Shown here: positions 38,130 through 51,519 of the stretch, in pieces
How positions within the stretch are numbered: the stretch's first letter is position 1
Layout: every line of letters begins with the position of its first letter
Origin: Octopus sinensis
Taxonomy: Eukaryota
DNA length: 64,000 nt
Assembly (NCBI RefSeq): GCF_006345805.1
Contig: NC_043000.1
Coordinates: 89,900,001-89,964,000, forward strand
Direction: 5' to 3'
Made by a program: the position numbers and the translations under genes
The notes under the pieces: generated by a model
Told to the model about the DNA's origin: nothing
The model's input: only the letters and a program-made list of their open reading frames with translations
Database searches by the model: none

Positions 38130-39059
38130 ATTAACTGCAGCTAAGCTGGAGCACCAGCTTGAAAGGTTTTAGCCCAACAAATCGACTCCAGGACATATTT
38201 TTTCCCCAGCTTAGTACTTATTCTATCAGTCTCTTTTACCAAACTGCTAAGTTACAGGGACATAAACCTACCAACATGGGTTGTCAAGAAGTGGGCAAAT
38301 ACAGACACATACAGATATATGTATATATGTATGTGTGTGTGTTTATGAATAAATATATATATATATACACATAAAAACACCCACTACACTCTCAGAGTGG
38401 TTGGTGTTAGGAAGGGCATCCAGCTGTAGAAACTCTGCCAGATCAGATTGGAGTCTGGTTCGCCAGACCTCAGTCAAATCGTCCAACCCATGCTAGCATG
38501 GAAAGCAGACGTTAAATGATGATGATGATGATGATGACAACAGACTTCTTTCAGTTTCCATCTACAAAATCCACTCACAAGGATTTGGTCATCCATCTTC
38601 CATACCTTCCATACTGAACTAAATTCTATAAATCCTTAACTTGGATAATTAACTGTTAACTAATACACCACTTCCATTATTTATCTTAGTTACTCTATAT
38701 TAAAACCCAGTCAGCCATTTACTTCATGTAGTTACATTAACGAAAAATTTAAAAAAAGGTCACAATTTATGTTCCTAACACTAACTGAATGATAACTAAG
38801 TTATTTTACTAAATTCTTTGTTATATTTAAAGTAATTGAAAGAAATACAGAGCATCTCAAAACAAATAGAGTAACGAAAGAGTTAAACAAAACACAGTGC
38901 AATTAAAACTATTGTGCTTTGACTTAAGTTCTGCTGCAATACCATACCTAAATCCCTAGACAAAGCAAAATAGACTGAACAGTTAAATGGACCACGTTGC
39001 TATTACTAGACTAGACTTCATACAACAGAACATTACATGCAACATATTACTGGCCATCA

Positions 39060-39480
39060 CTTATAATACTTAATCAGTGTCAACCGGAGTTCATTAAGCA
39101 TGTCTGAAATGGGTTGAATTAGAGTGACTCATAAAAGAAAGTCAACTAGACATTAGTAACCAACTTGACTGAAATGGTTAATTGCAGTTATTCATAATAA
39201 CCAACTAGACTGAGCTGAGCAGAACTACTAATAAATGACAGCCAACTAGACCTTAATAACTAGTCTGAGCTTGGTTCAGCTAGTCTTAAGTCAACCAGAC
39301 ATTAATAACCAACCTGACTGAGCTGGGCACAACTATTTATAAATGAAAATCAACTAGACATTAATAACTAATCTGACAGAGTTATTCATAAATCGGCCAG
39401 ACATTGATAAGCAACATGATTGAGCTTGATTTAGCAACTCAGAAATGAAAGTCAACTAGACATTGATAATCAACCTGAAT
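39060..39480. repeat. Degenerate minisatellite abutting the exon 15 donor site
   Basis: caac(t/c)agacatt(a/g)ataac motif at 39141, 39201, 39241, 39290, 39349, 39451. Confidence 0.8.
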
Positions 39481-39580
39481 GTGAAGTTTTCGGTCCTCTT
39501 CAATGTTTTTATGAGTTACTTCATGCTCAACTTTTTCTTCAGTTTTCATTGGGATGTTGATATTGACTCGGAACTTTTTA
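39475..39580 (-). CDS. CUL1: CUL1-like exon 15/17: (N)[35 protein letters not shown]
   Basis: 106 nt, phase 2-0; acceptor tttttcAG, donor GTtga. Confidence 0.95.
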
Positions 39581-39631
39581 CTGAAAAACAAAACAAATAT
39601 AAATAAAATTTGAAATTTAATATCATCAAAT

Positions 39632-39665
<34 letters not shown>

Positions 39666-40029
39666 AACAGTATACATGATAAATAAAGTGTATATTTACA
39701 CAAAACATTTAAAGAACACCAGAAATACACTAAAAATAAAGGAATATTTCCTTTTATTGACCATCAATTGTGAAAGTGGTTACTAATATGAAGGGTATCC
39801 AGATAAAGAAACCATGCCAAAGAAAAAAAGCAAGGAACAAACAGGGGACTCTGCAGGCCCCAGAGTAAAAAACCAACAGATTAGTAACTCTGTAACAACT
39901 GACAACATAGGAGAACAGTAATTAAAGGTAAAGACACTGATACAGGATAGATAAAACTTAAGCACTGCCACAAACATCTTATCAAGTGCTGGCAGCACAA
40001 GAAAATGCAGTTCACACTGTATAGGTTCA

Positions 40030-40276
40030 ACACCATCACCATCTTTTAATGTTCCCTTTTCTATACATGCAGGAATCAGATGGAATTTCTTGAGGCAAAT
40101 TTTCTATGGCTGGATACTCTTCCTGTTGCCATCCTTCTCCTGTTTCTGAGAAAGGTAATATTTCCCTCATGGCTGGACATGTTTTTCATGGAAGACTAGA
40201 AATGAGGCACTCTAATGAAATGACAGCGATACTCATAACTATCTAATGATGTCAAAACAAGGAGCCACAAATACAC

Positions 40277-40340
<64 letters not shown>

Positions 40341-40525
40341 CACACACACACACACATACACATATTAGACAGGTTTTCACATAGCTTTCCTCTACCAAAT
40401 GCATACACTAGGATTTGGTTAGTCTGTCGCAACAGTAAAAGCCACTTGCCCAAGGTGCCACACAGTGGGACAGAACCTGAAACTACATGATCGGGAAAAA
40501 AAACTTCTTAACCACAGTCATGTCA
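40030..40525 (-). mobile_element. SINE family F: family-A head with a different, (GAT)n-ending tail
   Basis: Same head and body as family A, then (TG/TA)n, then the tail ...ggaaatattaccttt...ttggcaacaggaag...aaagggaacattaaaagatggtgatg. Other copies ~32590-33250(-), 37680-37920(-, tail), 56290-56670(-). Confidence 0.75.
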
Positions 40526-41072
40526 GACTGACAAAGGTTAAATAACTACATATATTATTAAATGGTGATCTCAAATATACAGCAGTAACAATGAGATAGC
40601 AACATCAGTTCTCTCCCTTAAAAGAGACGTTAGTAAAACGGGATATATAGAGAAATTATAAGGTCAGCTTGACAAGGGAACCGCTGCATGGTTAGGAAGC
40701 TTGCTTTGTAACCACATGGTTTCAAGTTCGCTCCCACTGCACAGCACCCTGGGCAAATGTTTTCTATTATCGCCTCAAGCCAATTATGTTTGCCTTATGA
40801 GTGAATTTCATATAGACGGAAATTGTGTAGAAGCCCATCATGTGTGTGTGTCTTCTACATCACTTGACAACTAGTGCTGGTTTGTTTATGTTCCTGTAAC
40901 TTAGCAGTTCAGCAAAAAAGCTAAATACAAGTACCAGGCTAAAAAGATACAATAAATACTGAGGTTGATTTATTCAATTAAAACCCTTCTAGGCAGTGGC
41001 CCCAGCTTGGCTGCAGTCCAATGACTGAAACAAGCAAAAAATAAACAATATTATAAATGCAGACAGTCTTAC

Positions 41073-41191
41073 TTGTTATAATTTGAATATATGCTTAATT
41101 GGGCAGTTGGCGGAAGATCATTCTCATCATCAATGTCTGTGGTGAGCAGTTTGGTTTTCAGCAGAATCTTTAATACTTGAAGAAGTGTATC
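41073..41191 (-). CDS. CUL1: CUL1-like exon 14/17: DTLLQVLKILLKTKLLTTDIDDENDLPPTAQLSIYSNYN(N)
   Basis: 119 nt, phase 0-2; acceptor ttgtttAG, donor GTaag. Confidence 0.92.
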
Positions 41192-42159
41192 CTAAACAAA
41201 TAGAAACGGATTTCTCAATAATGAAGAATATTATATAAATTTGAAGTGCATTAACCAGAAGACACACATGACACAATCAAAAGCAAATCTAAAAATTATA
41301 ACATCGATGGCAGTTTTCACTATCATCAGTCGTAACACAAGCCTGATCTGCTAGAAAATAACAGCAAAATTCTTTGTCGTTGAGCACACTATCATCTTAA
41401 AACTGCAATGACAAATTGGATAGTCCTAAATACAATATATCTGGAGGAAAAGAAAAAACTGACAACTGGGATGGTCACAGCTGGAATGCCTTTGATCATA
41501 TGTCTTCTCATATCATTAGCCCAATGTGTACACACACACATTCATACAACTCATGCCAGCATAGAAATGTAAAAAAATGATGTAAAAAAAATGATGACTG
41601 CCTTCTAACTGCAAATACTTGGAGAATCAGGATTGTCATGAGAGATCAGGCATGAGATGGTGAGACACTGATGCCTTTCCCTGGAGTGAAGCTATTTGGA
41701 AACTCCATATTCCAGTCATCAAAAACTTCCCAAACAAACACCATAGGAATATAAGCATCTGCAGCAGATACTCAGTTACCTACTTATCAATGTTTCTTTT
41801 CCTGCTGAGGTTAATAGGTACAGATATGGCTGTGTGATTACAAAATCCACTTCACAACCACATGGTTTCAGGTTCATTCCTGCTGTATGGTAAGGCTGAG
41901 AAGTGTCTTCTACTATAGCCTTGGGTTGGCCAATGCTTTGAGAGAAAAATTGACAGACATAAACAATGCAGGGACTTGGAGGGAGTGAGTGAGTGAGAGT
42001 GTGTTTGTGTGTGTGTGTGTTTGTTTTACATTGCAGTGAAACATAGGCTTTGACTATAGAGGACTTGTGAAGGCTTGAAAGAAATGAAGCTAGCATGCTC
42101 CACTGGATGGGTAATGTCCTTGTACATGCACAACAGATTATAAATGATTTAAGAAGAAA

Positions 42160-42690
42160 AATGGGTATAAGAGGCATCAGATGTGTGCAAGAGAGAAGAC
42201 TACACTGGTTGGTCATGTGATGCATGTGGATGAGGACAACAGCATATAGAAATGCTGAGCTTTAATTGTGGATGGTACCTGTGGAAAAGATAGAGCCAGA
42301 AAGATATGGGATGAAGTGGTGAGAAAAGATCTTCATACACTGGGCCTCACTGAGGAAATAAATAAAGGAGTGTGAGATGTGGAAATTTGCTGTACTTGAT
42401 AAGATGTATCAAGCTAAGTAAAACTGCTGCCTTCCACACATACAGGCTTGTCTTTTCAGCTGTTGGTGCCACATAAAAAGCACATGTACCAGTGCTACGT
42501 AAATGCACCTGTGCTGGTGGCACATGAAAAGCACCTAGCACACACTATCAAGCCGTTGGCATTAGGAAGGGCATCCAGCCATAGCAACCATGCCACAACA
42601 GACAATTAGAGTCTGGACAGATCCATGTCAAACCATCCATCCCATACCAGCATAGGAAAAGCAGACATTAAACAATGATTATGATGATAT
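42160..42690 (+). mobile_element. RTE-clade LINE 3' end, second older copy
   Basis: Degenerate RRLHW-GHVMHVDED...GTCGKDRARKIWDEVVRKDLHTLGLTEE followed by the same 3' UTR and gat-repeat tail. Confidence 0.72.
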
Positions 42691-43388
42691 ATGAGTGGAC
42701 AAATGAAAGAAATTTAGGAGTTATGTGTATTATTATTTAAAACAGTTTGATTTGATTCCATGTGACTTATAGGCCTCTAACAGAAACCCTGTCTCTTTCA
42801 GATTAAGTTTACCAAATGGAGAAATAAACGAAGTCCATTAGGGTTACGGGAAAATAGACTGATATTGGTTAAGGCAAATCACATGGTGTTATCAGAGTAA
42901 GGCTAGTTGTTCTGATAACACCATGTGACCTGCCTTAACCAATAGTAGGCTATTTTCTGGTAGCCATATTGGATATCCTGTATTTCTCCATTCAGTAAAC
43001 TAAGCTTGAAAGAGGAAGGTTTCTGTTAGAGACTCACAAAACTAAGTCACGTGGAGCCAAATCAAACTGATTTAAATAATAATAATAATATATATGTATA
43101 TGTATATATATTCGTTGTTATCATCATCATAGTTTTATATTCACTTTTCCTTGTGTGGACAGGTCCTCTATGGCATGAAACCTGTTCTACTCTTGCCCCT
43201 TCTCTCATTCTTGACATGCAGTTCTTTCTGGACTGCCAAATCCTGTCAAACCATCTGATCCATGCTGGCATGGAACACGGGTATAAAATAATGACAATAT
43301 AGTAAAAAGACATGATTCATTTATATCAAAAAAAGAAAAAAAGAAAATGATATCCAAAGAAAATAAGAGAGAGATCTCAATTACTGAC

Positions 43389-43481
43389 CATATCAATTTG
43401 GGTACTTTCTTGTAATTGTTGTACATCAAGTGTATCCACTGAGTTATATTGTAGAAGAACAGCCATCTGATAAGTTGAAGC
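43389..43481 (-). CDS. CUL1: CUL1-like exon 13/17: ASTYQMAVLLQYNSVDTLDVQQLQESTQIDM
   Basis: 93 nt, phase 0-0; acceptor ttttttctAG, donor GTcag. Confidence 0.95.
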
Positions 43482-44667
43482 CTAGAAAAAACATATATAG
43501 AATATAAACTTCTGACAGTGCTCATCTAGAGGACTATTCAAGTAATTAGGTGATAAACCAGAATAAAGATAAAATCTTTGCTGTATATCAAAAGGTTTTA
43601 AAATGAGATGTTGGCCTTCAATGATAGAGGACTGAGACCAAAATAAATTTATTTGATAGGCTAAAAAGCTTATCGTAAGATGATAGTTTGTTCTTATCCC
43701 GCCTAATTTAGTAGACCTAAGATCAAACACATTCTAGACATGACCATCCCAGCTTTTTTTTTTCAAGCATAGTGCACCAAGGACTACATCAGCTTACGTT
43801 GCCTTCCATTTTTAAGATAGTAGGGTTTGATTCGAAGAGAGATTTTACTGTTATTTCTAACAGGTCGAGCAACCAGACAGAGGTTCGTCCATTGGATTTG
43901 CTTAATGAAAGATAGCCATATTTAAGTCACTATCAACCTTAACCCTTTTGGTATCAACCTGCCTGAAACTACCTTTGGTTCTATGATATAAATTCTATGT
44001 TTAATATTATACAAATTAAAGGCAATGAGATGGCAAAATTGTTAGCACACCAGGCACTAGAACTCCAAACTGCAGCATTGATCTTCTATCAGTGCAGCCA
44101 CAACAATCATACACTCTCCTACAATTTGCAGCTTTGGACAAACGTCACAACCCAACATCTTTATCTTTGTTCTTGTTAAGACAGCAAGTTGCCAGAATGG
44201 TTACTGAATCAGACAAAAGGTTCATCAGAATTTTTTCTGGCACTTCACATTCTAAGTTCAAATTAGAATAAGTACCAATTAAATAATGGGTTGATGTAAC
44301 CAACTTATCACTTCTAAAATTGCTGGCCTTATGCTAAAAGTAGAATTATCATTATTGTCATTATTGTTGCTGTTATATTAGCAAGCGGGCAGAATCATTA
44401 GCACATAAGACAAACTGCTCAGTGGCATTTCTTCCAGCTCTTTACATTCTAAGCCCAAATCCTGCTGAAGTCAACTTTGCCTTTTATCATTTTAGGGTCA
44501 AGAAAATAAAGTACTAATCAAGTAATAAATGCCTCTTTTAGAAGCTAGGAGAAAGGGCATTTTTCTCTTCAACATGAAAGTTGTTAAATACTTGATAAAC
44601 ATTCAAATACAGTTAGTATCAATTGTTCAAACAAGAATAATGTACAAGACATTTTTATTTTCAGTAA

Positions 44668-45389
44668 CCCTTTAGCATTTAAACTGGCCATATCCAGCCA
44701 AAATATTCTACCCATTTTATGTACAAACCAGCCAGCAACCATTCTTAAAATTAACCGTTACGAGTGGCTGTGTGGTAAGTAGCTTGCTTACCAACCACAT
44801 GGTTCTGGGTTCAGTTCCACTGTGTGGCACCTTGGACAAGTGTCTTCTACTATAGCCTCGGGCCAACCAAAGCCTTGTGAGCAGACTTGGTAGATGGAAA
44901 CTGAAAGAAGCCTGTTGTATATATATATATAAATATATATGTATGTGTGTGTATATATTTGTGTGTGCGTATATGTTTGAGTGTCTGTGTCTGTCCCCCC
45001 AACATCGCTTAACAACCGATGCTGGAGTGTTTACGTCCTCGTAACTTAGCAGTTCGGCAAAAGAGACCGATAGAGTAAGTACTAGGCTTACAAAGAATAA
45101 GTCCTGGGGTCGATTTGCTCAACTAAAGGCTGTGCTCCAGCATGGCTGCAGTCAAATGACTGAAACATGTAAATAAGACACCAGACAAAATGCTGCTAAG
45201 CATTTTGTCTGTGTTTATAGTCTGAGTTCAAATTCCACCAAGGTCGACTGCCTTTCATCCTTGGTAAAATATTTGTCAGTTGAACACTGGAGTCAATGTA
45301 ATCAACTTAATCCCTTCCCTGATTATTGCTGGCCTTGAGCCAAAATTTGAAATTATTACTTTTTACAGAATAAAGTGAATACTAAAGGG
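44668..45389. mobile_element. piggyBac-like MITE family 1 split by two nested SINEs
   Basis: GTAA-CCCTTTAGCATTTA at left, GTGAATACTAAAGGG-TTAA at right; SINE-A (~44760-45175) and SINE-C (~45180-45355) inside. Confidence 0.7.
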
Positions 45390-45452
45390 TTAATCTAAAA
45401 ATTCTAAGGAAAAAAATATATATGAATTTATAAAAAAAATCATGTAGCTTAC

Positions 45453-45581
45453 CTGGAGAATGTACTTCTTTTTTAAATTAGCAGTCAAATCACCTTTGGA
45501 CATGTGATAGACCCAGTTTAATTTGCGACCACTGTACTGACCACTATAGAAAGATGTGAATCTTTGGAACGTCTTTTCTAA
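45453..45581 (-). CDS. CUL1: CUL1-like exon 12/17: LEKTFQRFTSFYSGQYSGRKLNWVYHMSKGDLTANLKKKYILQ
   Basis: 129 nt, phase 0-0; acceptor ctcctcacAG, donor GTaag; SGRKLxW motif. Confidence 0.95.
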
Positions 45582-45677
45582 CTGTGAGGAGAAAAATTAA
45601 TATAAAAATATAAGGATTAATTCATTTGTAGTTCTGAAATGGAATATAACAATTTTTAATTTCTAAAGATAATTAAA

Positions 45678-46560
45678 GATGGCAAGCTGACAGAATTGTT
45701 AGCACGCTGAGCAAAATGCTTAGTTCTGAGTTCAAATTCTGCCATGGTCAACTTTGCCTTTCATCTTCTGGGGGTCAATAAAGTAAGTACCAGTTGAGTA
45801 CTGTGGTCCATGTAAGTGACTTATTCCCTCCTCTGAAATTATTATTAATTATTATTAATTATTATTATTAAGGCGGCAAGCTGGTAGAGTCATTAGCATG
45901 CTGGATGAGATGTTTAGCAGTATTTCGCCCATCTTTATGTTCTGTGTTCAAATTACACCATGGTCAACTTTGCCTTTCATCCTTTCTGGGTCGATTAAAT
46001 AAGTACCAGTTATGCACTGGGGTTTGAGGTTATCAATTTACCTTCACCCAGCAAATTTCAGGCCTTGTAACTATGATAAAAAGGATTATTATTATCATCA
46101 TTATTGTTATTCAGGTGGCAAACTGGCAGAATTAAAAGCACACTGGGCAAAATGCTTAGCAGCATTTTGTCTGTCTTTACGCTCTGAGTTCAAATTCTGC
46201 CATGGTCAAACTTTGTCTTTCATCCTTTCAAGGTTTATACAATAAGAACCAGTTCAATACTAGAGCCAATGTAATCAACCATCCCCTCTCCTGAAATTGC
46301 TGGCCTTGCATCAAAATTTGAAATCAATATTGAATATCTCAAATTTGATGAGCTGGCAGAATCATTACCATGCCAGACAAAATGCTTAGCAACATTTCTT
46401 CCAACTTTATGTTCTGAGTTCAAATTCTGCTGAAGTCAACTTTGCCTTTCATCCTTTCGGGGTCAAAAAAACAAGTACAAGTTGAGTAGTAGGGTTTGAT
46501 ATAATCAGTTTGCCTCTCCCTAGAAATTGCTGGCCTCATGCCAAAAGATGAAACCAATCT
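45678..46560 (+). mobile_element. SINE family C, cluster of four consecutive same-strand copies in a CUL1 intron
   Basis: ggcaagctggcagaa-type heads restart at ~45678, 45872, 46115 and 46348. Confidence 0.82.
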
Positions 46561-46564
46561 TTAA

Positions 46565-46786
46565 CCCTTTGGTGTTTAAGCCGGCCATATCCGGCCCAAA
46601 TATCCTACATGTTTTTACATTCAAACTGGCCCTATCTAGCCTCTTACACCTAACCTACATTGACATTCTAAGAATAAACTATCATACCATTGAACCTTCA
46701 AAGCTATAAGATAATGTATGATTAATTCAAAACGATTTGAGTGAAAACAGTATTACATTTAACAGAGTAATCTGAACACTAAAGGG
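46565..46786. mobile_element. piggyBac-like MITE family 1 (opposite orientation)
   Basis: TTAA-CCCTTTGGTGTTTA ... TGAACACTAAAGGG-TTAA; the interior is the reverse complement of 50625-50856. Confidence 0.85.
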
Positions 46787-48873
46787 TTAAGACAATATCA
46801 TCTTGTTGAGTTTGATCTCCAATCATCTTCGCACACCATCTCTCTTAACAGACCTCTTTAAAATCCAACATTAATCCAATTATCATCACCACCTGTTCCT
46901 TCTGTATCATATGATCACTTCCTAAATCAAGCAAACCAAACCAACATTGTCTGCAAACACAAAAATCTTTACATCCCAAACACCCTGGTACATCAAGTCG
47001 GTTAACTGGTTGAAGTTCTGCCATTTCTACACTGACAACCTTTGGCAATAAATATGCTTCACCTCTATCCCTTTAAGTTATATCCTTCTCACAATTAAAT
47101 CTTATGACCTTAAACTTCCAAGTGGTTTCCATTAAGTTACGTAAGTGACAAACACTGGCTAATTTAACTGGAGAAAGTTATCCAATATCACTAACTTGGA
47201 GGTGTTTATCTATCATTGAAATATTTTCAAAATGACCATCAGGGAAGTAGAAGATACTTTTGCACACTGCACACTCTGCAAGCTCTCAAACTGCCCAAAT
47301 GTAGCTATGCCTTTTGTTCCCTTGTCAATAAAGCCTTACTAACTTTTGCAAATCCTTGTACACACGATTCCTCAAGAAAAATAGCTCAACAAGTATCATT
47401 CTTGCAGATAAAGCAACATCTACTTCCGTTGCTTGTTTTGCTCCCAACTCCAAACAGTACAGACTCATGGCAACATCACTCCAAACTTTCCTTCTCTACC
47501 TCACAATCTATTTTACAATCACATACACATAACTGCCAAATGCAAGTAATTCTGATCGCTCCAATGCAACAAGACGACCCAATCCTGACAACTTTTCCTT
47601 CCATTAATACCAAACTGTGACAATTCAGAGATACCTCCTGTTCTCAACTATTGTGCTATTTCAATCGGAATGTAGCCCAATCTAAAAAAAACAAAGGCGC
47701 ATTTCTTTTGATTTTATTAACTCTGACAATTCAAATGTAAGGGAAACAAGCACCACATCTACCATCTTCAATGACACTTTTTCTTTTCAATGACCACCCA
47801 ATGCACCTATATCTAAACCCATCAGTGTTTCTTGTCTTATTCCACCACCAAAGCATCCATAATACACTGTATTCAATCTTATATAACAAATAAATGCCAA
47901 AAAAAATGAGGTTAAATTTAAATCATTCATTAAAAAATGTTTCATTTACTCAATATATTTTTCAATTGAAAAATAAAACACTAACCAAAAACTATTCTAC
48001 TGTTCACAAATTATTAATTACTAATTTAAGAAATCATTGGTTAACAGGAATATAGAAATATTCAAGCAGCTAAAAACTGTCTGAACTATGGTTGCAATCT
48101 TTAAGAACTCCTCTAAGCTTATACATGCCACATCTCATTGGTTTCAGAATTACTTATACTTTGAGGAGACACCCTGACATTTCATCGTCACCATCTTTTC
48201 TCTCCTCTGCTGCAAGACACCTGTTCCAGTCCCTCTATTATACTTTACTGACCAAAATTCATTTCCTCTAAATACTACATTCCAACTCAGCTGAAGTGGT
48301 CTTGTCTTACAAGTTACTTGGTAACCTCAAAGAAGCACCCAGAGGTTGACATTAAGAAAGGCATCCAACCATAGAAACCATGCAAAAACAGACACTAAAA
48401 CTGAAACGGTCCTCTAGTTCATCAGATCCTGTGAAACCATCCAACCCATGAGAGCATGGAAAATGGACGTTAAACAATGATAATTCAAAGTGAAAAAAAC
48501 TGTTTAGCTCTTAGTTTTTTTTTTAACACAGGAAATTTTCCCTCTAAAACCAATAGATAGAAAGGTTTAAGCAACATTGCTAAGACTAACATCAATCCTC
48601 AATATATGCCAAAAACCTTAAAATATTTTATTTAAATAAGATGTATCAAAAAGATAAGATCTATTAAATATGCTGTCTGTTGATATGGACCTAAAAACAT
48701 CAAATCTCAGGAAAGTTAAATAAGGACAATATAGATCTAAAATTCTTTTGTATAAAGAGCAAGGAACTTCTACTTGATTTTCCTGTTTTACATCACTTAT
48801 TCTAAGCTAGCCGGTTTTGATGTTAAGGAAATATTATTTAGCATTGCAGAATAAAGAGGAATATAATTCTTAC

Positions 48874-48950
48874 CTCCATAGGAAGATTAAAAGATCCAGC
48901 TTGTTGAATAGGCCACGAACCAGATGTTAAAACTTGTATACTGAAATCAA
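48874..48950 (-). CDS. CUL1: CUL1-like exon 11/17: (I)DFSIQVLTSGSWPIQQAGSFNLPME
   Basis: 77 nt, phase 1-0; acceptor ttttacAG, donor GTaag. Confidence 0.95.
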
Positions 48951-48989
48951 CTGTAAAAACAAAACAAAAATAAATTTTAAAAACTCAAT

Positions 48990-49503
48990 GCATGAGAGAA
49001 GTTTAGTTATATGATGTGGATGGATGTCGACAGCTCCATAAAGTGCCGATCTCTAAAGAAGATGGAACACGTGGAAGAGGGAGACCCAGGAAAACATGGG
49101 ATGAAGTACTGAAGGATGACTTCAGGATGCTGAATCTCTCAGACAAGATGACAAAGGACCAAGATCCCTGATGCCTTGTTGTACTCAAGAAGACCAGTAC
49201 TCCACAGCAGAAGTGTTAAGGCCACTCCCCCTGGTGAAGAGGATTGGCCTGCAAGAGTCCTGTGCCAGAGCCATGTAAAAAACACTTGTGTTGGTGCCAT
49301 GTGAACACACTCATGCTGTGCCACATTATAAGCATGCACTACACACTGCAAAGTGATTGGTATTAGGAAGGGCATCCACACGTAGAATCTACGCCAAATC
49401 AGATTGGAGCCTGGTGCAATTCTGCAGCTTGCCAGCTCTGGTCAAACCATCCAACCCATGACAGCATGGAAAACGGACATTAAAAGATGATGATAATGAT
49501 GAA
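48990..49503 (+). mobile_element. RTE-clade LINE 3' end (ORF C-terminus + 3' UTR + (GAT)n tail)
   Basis: GTRGRGRPRKTWDEVLKDDFRMLNLSDKMTKDQDP*, then ttaggaagggcatcca...ccatgacagcatggaaaacggacattaaaagatgatgat. Confidence 0.8.
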
Positions 49504-49725
49504 CTATATATTTCTATTTTTAGAATATTTAAAAATAAAAAAAATTAACAAGAAAATCTATTAACAAGAAAAATCCAGTTTAAACAAATCCTATTAGAAT
49601 GGAAATGTTTCAAAGAAAATATTTTTAGTCAGCTAAGAAAACAAGTAATACTATATCATCACTTGTAATGAAATACTCTTGATGGAAACAGTCATAAATA
49701 ACTTAGAGTCTAAAAATATACTTAC

Positions 49726-49846
49726 TGTCTAATGGTTGTGAAGATGCTTGCAGATATTTCTTGAATCTTTCATTAAGATCTTTGCTAACCCCAATATCCT
49801 GAAACATTCGCTGGAGTTTTGAGGTGTATTCAAAGCCACAGGCTTG
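49726..49846 (-). CDS. CUL1: CUL1-like exon 10/17: [40 protein letters not shown](I)
   Basis: 121 nt, phase 0-1; acceptor ttttcacAG, donor GTaag. Confidence 0.97.
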
Positions 49847-50624
49847 CTGTGAAAAAAAATTTTGAAAACAAGAATCTTGTTAAAACAGATTAAATTTCTT
49901 AATTCTTAGTTTCACAGAAAAAAAAAAACAGAAAATATTTTCAATAGAATTAATTTAGTCAATCCCTGATTGTCACTGAAATTTTATTAATCTCTCCAAA
50001 AGTGGATATGCAAAGTTTGATCCTGAGAAGATCTGAACTGAAATATGAGATAAAAACTAAATATTTTAACCCTTTTGATTGCTCTTCGTTTTATGATACA
50101 AACTTCCTGTTTTAAAGAGATCTAAATTAAAACCCTCTATCAAAATTTCAGGTTAACTTAATTTGCAAATAAGGCGGCATTGCTTGCATGCTGGGCAAAA
50201 TGCTTAGCAGCATTTCACCCATCTTTACATTCTGAGTTCATACTCCACCGGGGTCAACTTTACCTTTTATCCTTTCAGAGTCAGTAATTAGTATACCCCA
50301 GATTAGTTTATCCAATGTTTCCTTTTTAAGGGACTTGGGTGTGGTTTAAAGTAGGTTTGGTTGCTTTTACAAGCATATCGAGCAACCATTTAAAAGTGAT
50401 TGCTTCCTCTGTAACCCTGATTTTATTGTGGACATAGTGTCATAATATTTCAGAGATAATCCCACCAAGGTCGACTTCGCCTTTCATCTTTTCTGGGTCG
50501 ATAAATTAAGTACCAGTTGCATACTGGGGTCAATCTAATCAACTGGCCTCCTTCCCCAAAAATTTCAGGCCTTGTGCCAAGAGTAGAAAAGAATATTTCA
50601 GAGATAATGTGATTTTTATTTTAA

Positions 50625-50856
50625 CCCTTTAGCATTCAGATTATTCTGTCAAATGTATTACTTATTTAATTAATCATACATTATCTCTGTTTTGAATTAA
50701 TCATGCATTATCTCTAAACTTTGAGATTCTGAAGATGCAACTGTTTATTTTTAGAATGACATTGCACAGTAGGTGTGAGAGGCCTGATTTAGTCAGTTTG
50801 AACACGAAACAGGTAGAATATTTGAGCCAGATATGGCTGGTTTGAATGCTTATGGG
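50625..50856. mobile_element. piggyBac-like MITE family 1
   Basis: TTAA-CCCTTTAGCATTCA ... TGAATGCTTATGGG-TTAA. Confidence 0.85.
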
Positions 50857-51139
50857 TTAAACACTAAAGAGAAATCATAAGGGAATACTTGTTTGCCCCA
50901 CTGAATGGTTTTGGTAATTAAACAGGCATATTTTTCCTGGCAGGTACAGATTGAACTATGTTCTTTGATAAAGCAAATTACTTTTGTTTGGCAAACTTAG
51001 TAAACAAAAGCATCCAGCAGTCAAAAAAAAAATTCATGGCCTTTATTTTTATTCTTGTTTTTGTGTCCATCTTAAATCTTTCACCACACATCCTGTGACC
51101 TCTTCAGCGACTCTCCATCCCACAGCGATATGGTCTTTA

Positions 51140-51328
<189 letters not shown>

Positions 51329-51468
51329 CTATTAAAAGAAAATTTTAAAGAATATTAAAAAGGATTTTTAATAAGAACAGTCAATAAAGTATACTTAAAA
51401 TATGAAATCAATATAAGTTTTAAGAAACACACAAAAGCCGTTCGATTCACCTCAACATTTAAGTTTAA

Positions 51469-51519
51469 TTTGTCAAAATATTTTCGTCGCTTTAAGACCG
51501 CGACCTGTTCACTGACAAA
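51469..51519 (-). ncRNA. Candidate minimal type-I hammerhead ribozyme with G3-C8 core swap
   Basis: Minus strand: TTTGTCA-GTGAACA-G-GTCGC(ggtcttaaa)GCGAC-GAA-AATATT-T-TGACAAA. Confidence 0.7.

Noticed and set aside
46800-47840. ~1-kb C/A-skewed segment with the ORF-track entry 47216..47620
   Set aside because: Probably an old LINE remnant on the minus strand, but no motif could be identified with confidence
51065-51110. Minus-strand CTGAAGA-GGTCAC..GTGGT-GAAA in the intron after exon 9
   Set aside because: Stem II relies on wobbles and stem I does not pair; not called
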